Below are positions 23,201-35,209 of a stretch of 64,000 bases of DNA, piece by piece. This DNA is from Owenia fusiformis (taxonomy: Eukaryota). How positions within the stretch are numbered: position 1 is the stretch's first letter; every line of letters starts with the position of its first letter. The DNA lies in NCBI GenBank assembly GCA_903813345.2, contig CAIIXF020000001.1:3472001-3536000 (forward strand), in the 5' to 3' direction. Position numbers and translations under genes: made by a program. The notes beneath the pieces are model-generated. The model did no database searches, had not been told where the DNA came from, and saw only the letters and a list, made by a program, of their open reading frames with translations.

Positions 23201-26200
23201 TATTAATATCATATTAAACTTTGCATGAATTTAATGTTTCTCTATATTCTAGATGGTTGAGTGGAGTGTCATATGTCTATGATCCATTTGTGTGGACAAT
23301 GTGTTTGAAGTATCTCTACAGCTCTGTCATACAAGACAGGTAGGTAGTCATACATAAGGTCTCTTTCTGCACATTACATATCTGTTGATTCATATTTTTC
23401 TCAAGATCAGAGGCACAGTATAATGTCCAGTGTACTGTCAAATAGTTGAGGTAGAATGTAACACTCAAAGCTAAAAAAATAAGATATTTGTAATACTATA
23501 TGAGCTAACCTTGGGAGATATAGCATATCACTAAAGTTTATGATAAATGATACTGAATAATTGTATAACTGAACCAATTATTTTATACTATATAAAGAAT
23601 AAAAAAAAATTAATGATTGAGCCCATGCCCATGTGCAAAATAAAGTGAAATATAAATATCTATGATGTCTACATTTCCAGAGTGTGTAAATCTAAAGAGC
23701 CGTTCCTAGTTGTATTGTACAGTAACCTACATCCAAAGCCAGAGTTCTATGAATGCATACCTACTGGCAATAATACTTGCTTGGATTACTCACTCTACAC
23801 TTGCTTTGAGAAAGTAGAGATATATAAGGTAATGTATTCTTTGGTTCAATGTCAAATGAATGTCATCAGACAAATCCTAAAATATATTTCTCCATGACAA
23901 AAAGAATATAACCAAAAAATGATGATATACTACAGAGGGATATCCTTTATACTTTTTATTTTAATCATGAAAGAAATGAAAAAAATGATCAAGAAACTGA
24001 AAGTAAAATTGCTCAGACTTTGGATTGATTGATTGATTTACCAATTATTGTAGTGGTATATTCAGGTTTGAACGACGTTAAAATATATCCATTTTGCTAT
24101 TGCAGGGTCAGTCTGATCAGAGATCAAACCTCATAGAGCTGGAAGTCATCAAAGTAGAACAAGGACCAAAACTGGAGAAATTCAATGAAGCCAAACAGCT
24201 TATAAAAGATACCCCTGTGTTGCCGAAGTAAGCAATTCTCTATTTTTAAGTATTCAATACATAAACAGCTGTGTATTGTTGTTATATAGTGAAACCTTGT
24301 GATTACAACTGTTACTATATTTACAATTCACCTTCATTTATTTGGGTACAAATAATGATTTTGATTTTTTTTTGTTTTCTGTTTGTCCATGTATGTGGCC
24401 TATATGAGTATATGACTATCTTTGTGAGATGGTAAAAATAAGAAATTGAAATTGTGAGAATACATGTATTATCAACATTTACTTGGCATGTAAAACTTCA
24501 CTTGTAGTATATGTTTCCTTTGTTTCATTTAGCATTTATTTGAGACAAAAGCTCTTTTATTTCAAGGAGAATTCCCAAGTTGAAGCATACCCCTGTTAGG
24601 CCAAGTAGAAAAGAGGATCTTGACATGACCCCCAGAGCCTCCCCCTCCCCACACCAGACCAAGGTACTGTACACTACACCAAGTATTCAATTTTGATAAC
24701 TGGCAATAAATATTACTGTTATGTGTCTTAGGCAGATGAGCACCTAACTTCTGAGATTTTAAAAATAGACTTGCAGTTGTCTCAAAATGAGAAAATTTGG
24801 CTTCATATTTTGAACAACTGTGTTCAGAAATGTTAATTGAGAAATCCTGGGAAGATCAATTATTCGTGCATATTTTTTTATTCTTAGGTTCCTGTAATTC
24901 AGCCATCTGTTCCTGATGTATCATTAATATTCGAGGATGAAAATTTAAACTGTATGGATATCAACAAAAATACCCCCGAGAACATGAATATTCCAAGCAG
25001 GCCACCATTACAGGTTGTTAACAGGGTGCTCCAGGCCCCTGGGGTGCCCACACATACACATACTAGGCTAAGTGGAGGGAAACCAGGAATGCTGGAACAC
25101 ATGTATAAACCTATGGTGACAAAATCAGGTGGTAAGGTATCCCCACATTTACAAAAGGAAAACCAACCTGATGATGGGACTCCGAGAGCCCCTGTTCACC
25201 AAAGACCCCAACATCCTGAGGCTCACCATGGTACATCACAACATGGCCCTGGGTATAACGCACACCAGCATGGTCCAAGTGGAGGTGTTAGGGCACACCA
25301 TACAAGAGCTACACCACCCGCTATGTCCCCACAATGGGACTACACCACAGCACATAGACAAATGTATAGGGGTTATCCACCAAATCAAATGAGCCCCATG
25401 CCTGTTAATATGAACTACCCACCATATCCAGGTATGTACGCAAGTCCACCTTTTATGCAAACAATGCCAATGCATCCCTATTATGATCCCCGTCTCAGTC
25501 CTCAATATCCTGGCATATCTCAAGGCTACATTTATGGACAACCCTCCTCAGGACCAAGGCAACTTTCTGACAATGAAGATATACACCGCAATCAAAGGAG
25601 AAAAAGAACATCCGTTAAATCAACTGGTGTTCAACCAAATAACTCCTCCGCTGCTACCAAACAGGTCACATCCGTTGCAAGTGATCAAATAAAATCAGGA
25701 GATACTAAGAGTGGTGCGTTAACTGAGATTTCTGAGCAGTCTGTTTCACCAAATTCACATAGGAATGCACAACCACCAGGCCCATCAGCTGAGGAGCCAA
25801 ATTTAAAACCACATTCGAAATCTAACCCTGCAAGTCCAGAAAACAATGGTGCCCTTGGTGTTGTTTCCACACAATCAATCTCCAACTCAAATCCTGCCAC
25901 CCCTACAATATCTATCTCAAACCCTACTACCCCTGTATTTGGAAGCACAAACCCTACCACCCCTGCAATGTCTGATCAGAATTCACAAGTTGCATTCTCG
26001 AGCCCCGCACTATCTGAAGTGAGTGCCATGACAACCCCAGAAGTTTATAAGCTACTCATGCACCAAGATTCCCAGCTCAGATTACTACAAAATCAAATAC
26101 AACAGCTGTTATCTGTCACCAATGCCTCCCCATCACAACCAGCTCTTCCCAGCATGCATGATAACAAACCTTCCCAACCGACAGAGGAGGTCATTACCCA

Positions 26201-28723
26201 AGCATGTCTCAACACAACTCAGGACACAAACCCGAAACAACCACCTGAAAATGCTCAAGCTATGGTAACACAAGAAATCACTGTTGCCAGCAGCCCTATA
26301 GCTCAAGATGAGGCTTCCGTTACTCCAAGGGAGGATGTATCCCCATTCTCAGCTGATACATCAAGTGATGACACATTATGCTCCACAGATGATGACCCCC
26401 AGCCAAGGCTTCCTGGGGACATCACCATGGAGAGTATGATGTCACAGATGATAGTTGACATCCCCAGCTACCAATCTACCCCTGAAAGGTAAGACACACT
26501 ACACAGCAGTGTAGCAGTGTTTTAAATAACACAAATTGTCAAGTTTGAATTGTACATTGCTATTCCACTTGCTCATGATACCAGTATATTGTATCACATC
26601 ATTGATGAGTATTGTCACAATGACAGCTTGGTCAAAATTTTGACGCCTCTCCACTTGTTAAAAAAAGATCATATTATGTTTCCAGGTATGGTGACCGACA
26701 GGCAGATAGTCCTCCTGTGGAGAGTGTCAGTATGTGTGCAAACATGGCAGACTCCAGTACCAGTTCAGAGTCTGAAGATGAGGATGAAAGGGAATCTGAA
26801 AAGTATCTTGACAACCAGAAGGAGTACTTTCAATCACTACTGGTGAGAAATTATGATCTTGTTACTTCACCAGTAAGAAGTACCGTTTGACATTGCTGTT
26901 TGACATTGTTGTTAGTCAGCATCTGTCACAAATTGTTACACTTTTGTAACAACTCTATCACCATATGGCATTCTGTTGTATAAATGCCTTGTATTGTTCT
27001 TACATATATGATAAGGAACAAATCATATCAAACTTTGAAATCTCACAATACTAATGCCATATCAGTCTTATTGTTGTTTCATCTCTTTCTTTTTTTCTGT
27101 ATTCATTTATTCCACCCAGAGTATTAAATAATGCATATAATACATACAATAATACAGGTCAGTTTAGGTCGTTTCTAGCAATAATCTTCATTAATTTACC
27201 TAACTTCACGGAATGCTTAACATTTGACAGTAAACCTTTAAATTTGAACATGTTCGGTTGTTTAATGAAATATGTGTCTCCAGAGCAAATCATTCTTCTG
27301 CATTAAAATCTCCACTGTTCATTCTCAGATAGTTGCTAATGTGTTGAACTCCTTTGTTCTATAGCATATGATGAGATAATAGCAGCCACATACATGAATA
27401 AATGAATTCCTGCATTTCAGGGTAATGTTCAGCAACTTCTAGCTAAACACGCAGAGGAAAAAGGAAAACAAAACCCCAGGCTATCATTACCTGCTGGGAA
27501 AGTTACCTCCCCTGTTCAGCAAACCAGGCGTCTTTCAGATCTTCATGAGCGACCAAAAGAAAGGCAGCATGACCCACCCCAACATAATGTATTCGATTCC
27601 ACAATGAAGCAGTTGAAGAAGATGGGAGTTGAAGTCTCTCCTGAGAAAGATGCAGCTGAGAGGTGGGTAACATTTGTTAAACTTAAAAGGGCTGTTATAT
27701 CTCTAAAATGTCTCAATTTTTAAAATTCAAACAGCAACCAATTTGAACAGACTTTGATACAAAGCTCCTTTACTGACATAACAAAGGCTTGGAAAATGCT
27801 CATCTAGTGAAGTGTATAGCATATGCAAAAAAATGTTAAGCGGTGCCTATTAATTCACAAAAACTATGGGAGTAATTTTATTTTGATGATCTTTAAAATG
27901 GTGTTTCTTACCATCAGAAATAGGCATTGAGTCCTAAAGTATATTTATCTTCATTTCGGAGTTTGTCTATCACGCACAGTACATGATAATATGCAATGCA
28001 ATTAAGTATTTAGTAATAAAGTCTTAATAAAGTTTATCCCTTTACAGGCTTGGTGAAGGAAGCTTTATGTTTGATCCCGCTTTGTTGCCCAAAGTTAACT
28101 ATGTCTCCATGATGTTAGAGTCAACTGAGACAGATCTTAGTGCAGATGTCAACACTATAGCTATGAAATACCTTAAGGATGACCAGCTCACTGAACTTCA
28201 GAGGTTCTCATCCAAAGCAAGAAAAAATCAGCGTGGCAAATCAGTTATGTTTGAGCATATAGCTGAAAAGACTACAAGTGATATGACTATGTATGCAAAT
28301 AATATGTCATTCGCAACTAAAAAATATATGCAGAGATATGGACTGATGAGTTGGGGAGAGGAATCAACAGATTCTTCTGGGATAGAAATGCAATCACCAG
28401 TAACTGTACAGGAGTCACCAGTGACTATAGGTGAATCACCAGTGACTGTAGGTGATATCATGCAAAAGGTTCATGAAAAACTAAGTCCAGAAAGACCTGA
28501 AAGTGTTTGTGATCAACGTATTAATTCAGATAAGGAAAATAAAAAACTGGACTATGCAGGAGATGTTAGTCTTCCACATAAGGATAACAGGCGATTGACA
28601 AACAGTGAAAAACCAGTCATGATATTTAATAAATCAAACAGAAAATCGTTAGAGACTGGAAAAAAGTCATCTGGGAATATTTTGGATGTTGAAAGATTAA
28701 AACAGTTGCCTAAATTGTTGTGA
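20232..28723 (+). CDS. STIL: SCL/TAL1-interrupting locus protein (centriole duplication factor)
   Basis: Exons 20232-20326, 20896-21011, 21419-21522, 21728-21793, 22350-22594, 22934-23017, 23253-23339, 23681-23828, 24106-24227, 24567-24663, 24888-26488, 26686-26842, 27421-27662, 28048-28723. Hallmarks: FP..R.ALWD...[52 protein letters not shown]-binding PRASPSPH, coiled coil [20 protein letters not shown] motif ([24 protein letters not shown]), C-terminal [14 protein letters not shown]. Confidence 0.96.
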
Positions 28724-29129
28724 ATTGTTGTAAAATGTTGTATTTATTTATATCAGTCTAAAACATGTTCTGCTGTTTGTGCTGTATATATTATTTTTGT
28801 AAAAATGGTAATTGTATTATAATAATGTCACCACCAGAAGTGGTGTTCGGAGATCGGCGTCTGTCACAATTTCCAATAACTTACAAGGTGATGACATTTA
28901 GTCATTTTAATGCCTTGGTTTATGTATTGTAACAGACATGGCATTTAAAATGTGTTTATTGAAATTGGAGGAGGAAGGAAAAATTGATTTGCTAAATATA
29001 TTTTGATAAAATCCCCATTATTAGTATACTCTGAATTAACTATTGATATATTATTGTAGACATAAATCTGAATTCTCTGTAGAATGTATTATTTATTTTT
29101 ATGCTTGTTGTAAATATGCTTATTTATTA

Positions 29130-29560
29130 TTATGTCACCACCACAAGTGGTGACATATTGTTATGGTCTTTGCGGGTGGCAGTTGGCGTCTGTAACAGAT
29201 TCTTACAACCTCCAATAACTTAACAAATACTCCTTAAAATGACTTCAAATTTTTCCAAAATCATCTCCAAGTTCTCAGAAGTTCAAATCTGACTTTAGAT
29301 TTGAGATTTGACCTTCAATGGCCTTCTCAAGGCCAAAATAGTTCAAAAAGGTCTTTTTTCAACCTGCTTCAAATTGACCATGTTTTTTTTTCAAAATCAT
29401 CTACAAGTTCTCAGAAATTCAAATCTGACTTTGAGATTTCATATTCAATGACCTGCTCAGGGTCAAAAAAGGTCTTTTTCAACTTGTTTCTAATTGACCA
29501 ATTTTTTTCAAAATCATCAAGTTCTCAGAAGTTCTAATCTGACTTAATATTGAACTCAAA
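29130..29560 (+). mobile_element. HINE-like element, second family, partial
   Basis: Starts TTATGTCACCACCACAAGTGGTGACATA (hairpin), followed by TTCTCAGAAGTTCAAATCTGAC repeats; inverse copy at ~44150-44880, fragment at ~28824-28895. Confidence 0.65.
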
Positions 29561-30341
29561 ATATTGAGAGCAACAAGGTGGTAACTTGTTAATGCCTTAT
29601 CTAGATCATTGCAAAGGCTCATTAAAAAGGAAGTGCTATAATCAGACACATTGTACTTAGCAGTACTGTAGTAATCTGATCTAATCAATGGCTCCTTCAA
29701 TTATTAACAAAGATTTTGACATATTACATACCATGAAAATAAAAAGCAATAATTATTATGAATTATTAATAATATTTGAAAATGATTTATTGCTATAGCT
29801 GGTTAGTATACATATAGATTTTATGGGATATGCCAAAACAGGATGCCATTTTAGAATATATCACTAATTTACTATTTCAACAAATTTCTCTCAAGTTTTG
29901 AGACTCCTATTACTCTTAGCAAACTAATTCAACTTGGTAATCAACTTAGGAAAATACTTTTATTAAACAAAAATGACCCGAGTCTTACCTCAATATTCCA
30001 GATCCCCTTTATCTATTTCACCACCAGATGTGGGAGGTGTCTAGTTAGGAGAGGTTATGGGAGCTTGTAGCTAGACTATAATGACCACTAAAGGAGGCGT
30101 TTATTAGAGAGAGTTGTTTACTAACACAAGTTTCACTGTATTGTCATTAACATATGGTGTCATAGCATGCTACTAACTGACTGCAGCATTAAGTTCTGTT
30201 TTCAATAACATAAATAACTTTTAATTTTGTTCCCTGTACAACTTACAAAGTATTAATTGTGCTTCAATATTTCTGAGATAAATACACATCAATGGTGCAT
30301 ACTACATAACACCATGTTCAGATGTTAGAGTATTGTTTTGT

Positions 30342-31793
30342 ATTTTTATCGCACTTTGAAAAAGTGCTATATTGTCGTCGTCTTGTGCTGTTGGGCGGGC
30401 GTTTGGGCGTGCGGGCGGGCGGGACATAAACTAAATCTTGTCATCAAATTTCCAGGATAACTGCTTACCTGTTCAACTTGAAATTTTTACAGATGCAAGA
30501 GCAGACTAGTACCAAGATCTGATTAGGTTAAGGGCATGCTGGGTAAACTATGTGGCGGCCATTTTGAATTTTTCAACAAATCTTGTCATCAAAATTCCAG
30601 GAAAACCACTTATCCGTTCAACTTGAAATTTTTACAGATGCAAGAGCAGACTATTGCCAAGATCTGATTAGGTTTTGGGTATGCTGGCTGAATTACATGG
30701 TGGCCATTTTGAATTTTTGAATTTGGCGGCCATTTTGAATTTTTCAACTTGCTCCAAATTGACCAAATTTTTTTTTTTAAAATCTACAAGTTCTCAGAAG
30801 TTCAAATCTTACCTTAGATTTCAGATTTGACCTTTCATTCACCTTCAGTGACCTTGAAAAGGTCAAAAAAGTTGATTTTCTAAATTGATATTTTGGATTT
30901 AAATTTAGGTCAGCTTAATTACAAAACACCTACTGAGGTCTGAAAAAGTGAAATTTTAAAGGTCGAAAGTCAAGGTCATTAAACTAGGTCACAAATGATG
31001 TTATCCAAGTTTCTCAAAGTTTGAGACTACAAATCAATTCTTGTCATCAAAATTCCAAGAAAACCGCTAACCTGTTCAACTTGAAATTTTTACACATGCA
31101 ATAGCAGACTAGTGCCAAGATCTGATTAGGTTAAGGGCATGCTGGGTAAACTACGTGGTGGCCATTTTGAATTTTTCAACAAATCTTGTCATCAAAATTC
31201 CAGGAAAACCACTTATCCGTTCAACTTGAAATTTTTACAGATGCAAGAACAGACTATTGCCAACATCTGATTAGGTTTTGGGTATGCTGGCTGAATTACA
31301 TGGTGGTCATTTTGAATTTTTCAATTTGGCGGCCATTTTGAATTTTTCAACTTGCTCCAAATTTACCCAATTTTTTTTTTAAAAACATCTACAAGTTCTC
31401 AGAAGTTCAAATCTGACCTTAGATTTCAGATTTGACCTTCAGTGGCCTTGAAAAGGTCAAAAATTTAATTTTCTAAATTGATATTTTGGATTTAAATTTA
31501 GGTCAGCTAATTACAAAAGACCTGCTGAGGTCTGAAAAAGTGAAATTTTCAAGGTCGAAGGTCATCAAATTAGGTCACAAACAATGTTATTTAAATTTTC
31601 CCAAAGTTCAAGACTACAAATAAATTCTTGTCATCAAAATTGCAGGAAAACCGCTAACCTTGTCAACTTGAAATGTTTACAGATGGAAGAGCAGACTAGT
31701 GCCAAGGTCTGATTAGGTTTTGGCCATGCTGGGTAAATTGCATGGTGGCCAGTTTGCTCTTCAAAGTGCGATATTTATCACTGTGTGTCTTGT
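30342..31793 (+). mobile_element. HINE/DINE-like element with ~600-bp internal tandem units
   Basis: 5' TATCGCACTTTGAA inverts 3' TTCAAAGTGCGATA (~31760-31773); (GGGC)n microsatellite ~30393-30423; units recur at ~30436, ~31040, ~31627. Confidence 0.75.
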
Positions 31794-32774
31794 TATTGTT
31801 TTGAGTTAAATCATTTTTTTTAAATGCAAATCGGGAATTATTGCTATTAAATTGTACTTAGTGCAAATGTATTTTAATGTGAGGAATTATTAGCAAATTA
31901 TAGGCCTATATGTTTTTATTAGAATCCAGTTAAGATAAGAGTTTTCAAAGTGGTGGATGTCAGTGACTGCATTTTGTAGTTTCCTCTTATTATACTCATT
32001 GGTCGACTAAAAGTGTGAAACTCAACATTCAGTTGGGGGGGTTAAAGTTGGCTCTAGTTACCATAAATACTGTGTTGGACTGTCAGAATAGCTATGGGCC
32101 TACATCAGGTGTTAAGAAAGCCAGAAAAAAAGAAACTTGAAGGTCCCTTCTGGTGCAGATTAAGATAAATTATTGAAAGTGAAATCGACCTCTAACATTT
32201 GGGTGCTAGATTAATAATTTATACTCAGGCTTCCATGCTATAAGACTATCAAGTTCCAACTTGAAAAAGTGTATAAAAACTTTTGATTTATGATGCTAGG
32301 GATTTACTACGCTTATAGTATAGAAATCAGAAGTAGCGGATTGATAAGCCACATCAATAAGTCCTAGTTTTGTTATGACTAAATGAAATCAAAACTAGAA
32401 AAAAAGATTTATGAATCATATCTCTGGCGATCGTTAATTAATTAGAGTATCAGTATATAATTATGGTTTAAAAGACTTACCAAATACTATAACTGATAAC
32501 TCGAAGAAGGATTACTTTGAAAACTGAAGCATTTTGTGCTTTGATGACGCCAGATTAATAAATGAGTTTTAAGTTTTTAGCAAAATTGAACCAGATAACC
32601 TTGAAGGCAACTTTGAAGACAGAAGATTAATGAAGGAGTTAATGAAAGAGAAGTACATTTGTATTTAAAGTGCAAAGTGAAGTTGGTATGCAGAGGACAA
32701 AAAAGAGACTTATTTTGTATGTTGGAACTACTGATAGTAATTCATTAAGATAATTATACAAGTTTTCAGAAATA

Positions 32775-33923
32775 ATGCTTAAACAGTATTTTAACAAGCT
32801 AAATCTTCTATATTGTATCGTCATTTTAATGATAATAATGAATGGAGTTTTATACGGCTTGTATTTAACAGGAAATAATTATAACATTTTGCCAACTGAA
32901 ATAACTTATAATTCATCTAAACAAAACGCTCTTCCAAATTTATTACTTATCATAAATATATCATCGAAGAAGCCTAATCAGTTTGACACAACTGAAATAG
33001 ATGAAAGTATTACAAGAGCATCAGGCAGCATCGTAAGAACAGAGGCTACTTCAAAGGAAATTATGGATATAACAAAAGAGCCAGTGTTAATACAAAATGG
33101 GGGTGACAATTTATCATTAACGCAAACTATAACAGATCTGCCTTTTGAAAATGTATCGTTTGATGTAACAACAACAGGTGGAGCTACACGTATCACAACT
33201 ACTCAAATTCCAAGATCATATCCTGATGTGTTCAAACCAAAGATGACTGACATTGAGAAAAAAATAGTTGTTGAAATGTTAGATACATTTGACAAAATTA
33301 CCAAAACTTACAATTTGACATATTTTATATATGGAGGAACTATGATAGGATCCTGGAGGCATCATGGAATAATACCATGGGACGATGATATAGACCTCAT
33401 GATGAATGCTTCACAGAAGGCACAAGTCTACACAGCATTGTCATCTCAAAATCCACTGTATCAGGTGTGGAGACCACAGGGGAAGATTTTCACACAGGAC
33501 TTCCAGTGGAAATTCTACAGCGAATCATCTAGGACAATACCCCACTATCCTTGGTGGAAATGGCCATTTTTAGACATTTTCTTCTTTAACGAAAATGCAA
33601 CTCATTTATGGGACCATCATTCCAAGAACCATGGTTTTCTGCTCAAGAAGTCTGAAGTGTTTCCATTATCACTTAGACCATTTGAATCACTGTGGCTTGC
33701 TTCTCCCAGACAAATATCAACAGCCTTAGACAAATGGTACAATATGTCGATATGTGCCTCTCCAACATGGGATCATCAAACTGAACGTTATACCACAAGC
33801 CACACAAGCGTTTCTTGTGAAGAACTTTATCCATATTTCCCCTTTGTTACTAGGACAGTAGATTGTATTGAGACATTGAAGCTTGGAGGCCATGTTCTAC
33901 ATTCTAAATATGTACGCTGCTGA
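32775..33923 (+). CDS. LicD/fukutin/FKRP-family phosphotransferase, type II membrane protein, intronless CDS
   Basis: N-terminal transmembrane segment, Thr-rich stem, GGTMIGSWRHHGIIPWDDDIDL motif, WPFLDIFFF, VFPL..RPFE. Confidence 0.9.
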   Translation: MLKQYFNKLNLLYCIVILMIIMNGVLYGLYLTGNNYNILPTEITYNSSKQNALPNLLLIINISSKKPNQFDTTEIDESITRASGSIVRTEATSKEIMDITKEPVLIQNGGDNLSLTQTITDLPFENVSFDVTTTGGATRITTTQIPRSYPDVFKPKMTDIEKKIVVEMLDTFDKITKTYNLTYFIYGGTMIGSWRHHGIIPWDDDIDLMMNASQKAQVYTALSSQNPLYQVWRPQGKIFTQDFQWKFYSESSRTIPHYPWWKWPFLDIFFFNENATHLWDHHSKNHGFLLKKSEVFPLSLRPFESLWLASPRQISTALDKWYNMSICASPTWDHQTERYTTSHTSVSCEELYPYFPFVTRTVDCIETLKLGGHVLHSKYVRC

Positions 33924-35209
33924 GATCCAAGATGGGTATTTAGTATTATTTATGGTGATGTTAGAATAGGAGTATCTATTCTATTTAATGTATTTATAAA
34001 ATATTACATCATGATGTATACTAGGAATATATACTAGGACACAAAAAAGATCTTGTGTTGAAACTCATACATGTAGCTTTTCCTTGCGTCCCTATCAAGT
34101 AATATATCATTGTGTTCCTTATGGACAGTTACATAAAATTGCAAGGTTTCAGAATTCAGTGGTGTCACATGTATCAAAGGATGTTGGTACGGGTCATTTA
34201 AAGGGCAAGTTATGGTCATCACGGCAGAAGAGTTCAGTCCAAATGTCTGTGACAGTTATGCACAAAGGTGTATAGACAGGATTCGTGCAGTGGCTTATAG
34301 GGAGGCCAGGGACCGTTCTACCTTTATCATTAAAAAAAGGTTGGCAGACTTTTTTCGGGAACACCCTTTGTTTCTTAAACTGCAATCTCATGTAACTTTT
34401 CATAATGTACAAAATTATATCATGCTTCATGTAAATGAGTTTGGAGGGGGTGCATATATATGAAACACCCTGTACCATGTGATGTAAGTGTAATATGGAT
34501 TATAGATGATGTGCCTAGTTTAGTTAGAGTGATTTATACTGTTATTAATATTTTAAAAGAATGGATTTATATGATTTCTTGGTATTAGATTGGGGTATCT
34601 GTATGAAAGCTTTCCTTTTGACGTGTTTTATGGATATGTAGATATTTATTTTTTCTAAAGGTTTGCCTAGAAGACGTGATGTTACATCATGTCGTTGTTC
34701 ATTGATATCATTCTTAAATAGGGGGTCAGAATGTTCTCGATAGTGTTTATTGAGTATGAGTCGAATGAAATGTTTTACGGGTAATTAAATCAGAATTTGA
34801 CAGCAAACACTAATAAAAAGAATTTGATATTCTCCGTAACATTGACTTTAAATAGTATTGATACTGAATGTGAGGCTTCAATAAAGTTGATCATATTACT
34901 GTTTGGTTTAAAAAATAATGGTGAAGAAAATTCTTTTGTTGTATGACATTACTAGTAATTGCCTCAACGAAGTGGACATACTGTCATTGTAATGTACAGA
35001 CATGGCATACTCAAGCAAAGTGTAGTTTGGAGTGGAATATGCTAAAATTACAATAAATGAGATTTGTATGAGGATGCCCCGTTTCATTTTGAATACAGTA
35101 CCAAATGCTCTCATAAATGATCAGTTCAAAACACAAAATAAAATATTGAACATAATTTATTTTCACTTTCACCACAAAATCTTCCAAATGTGCTTATAAT
35201 GTCATCAAT

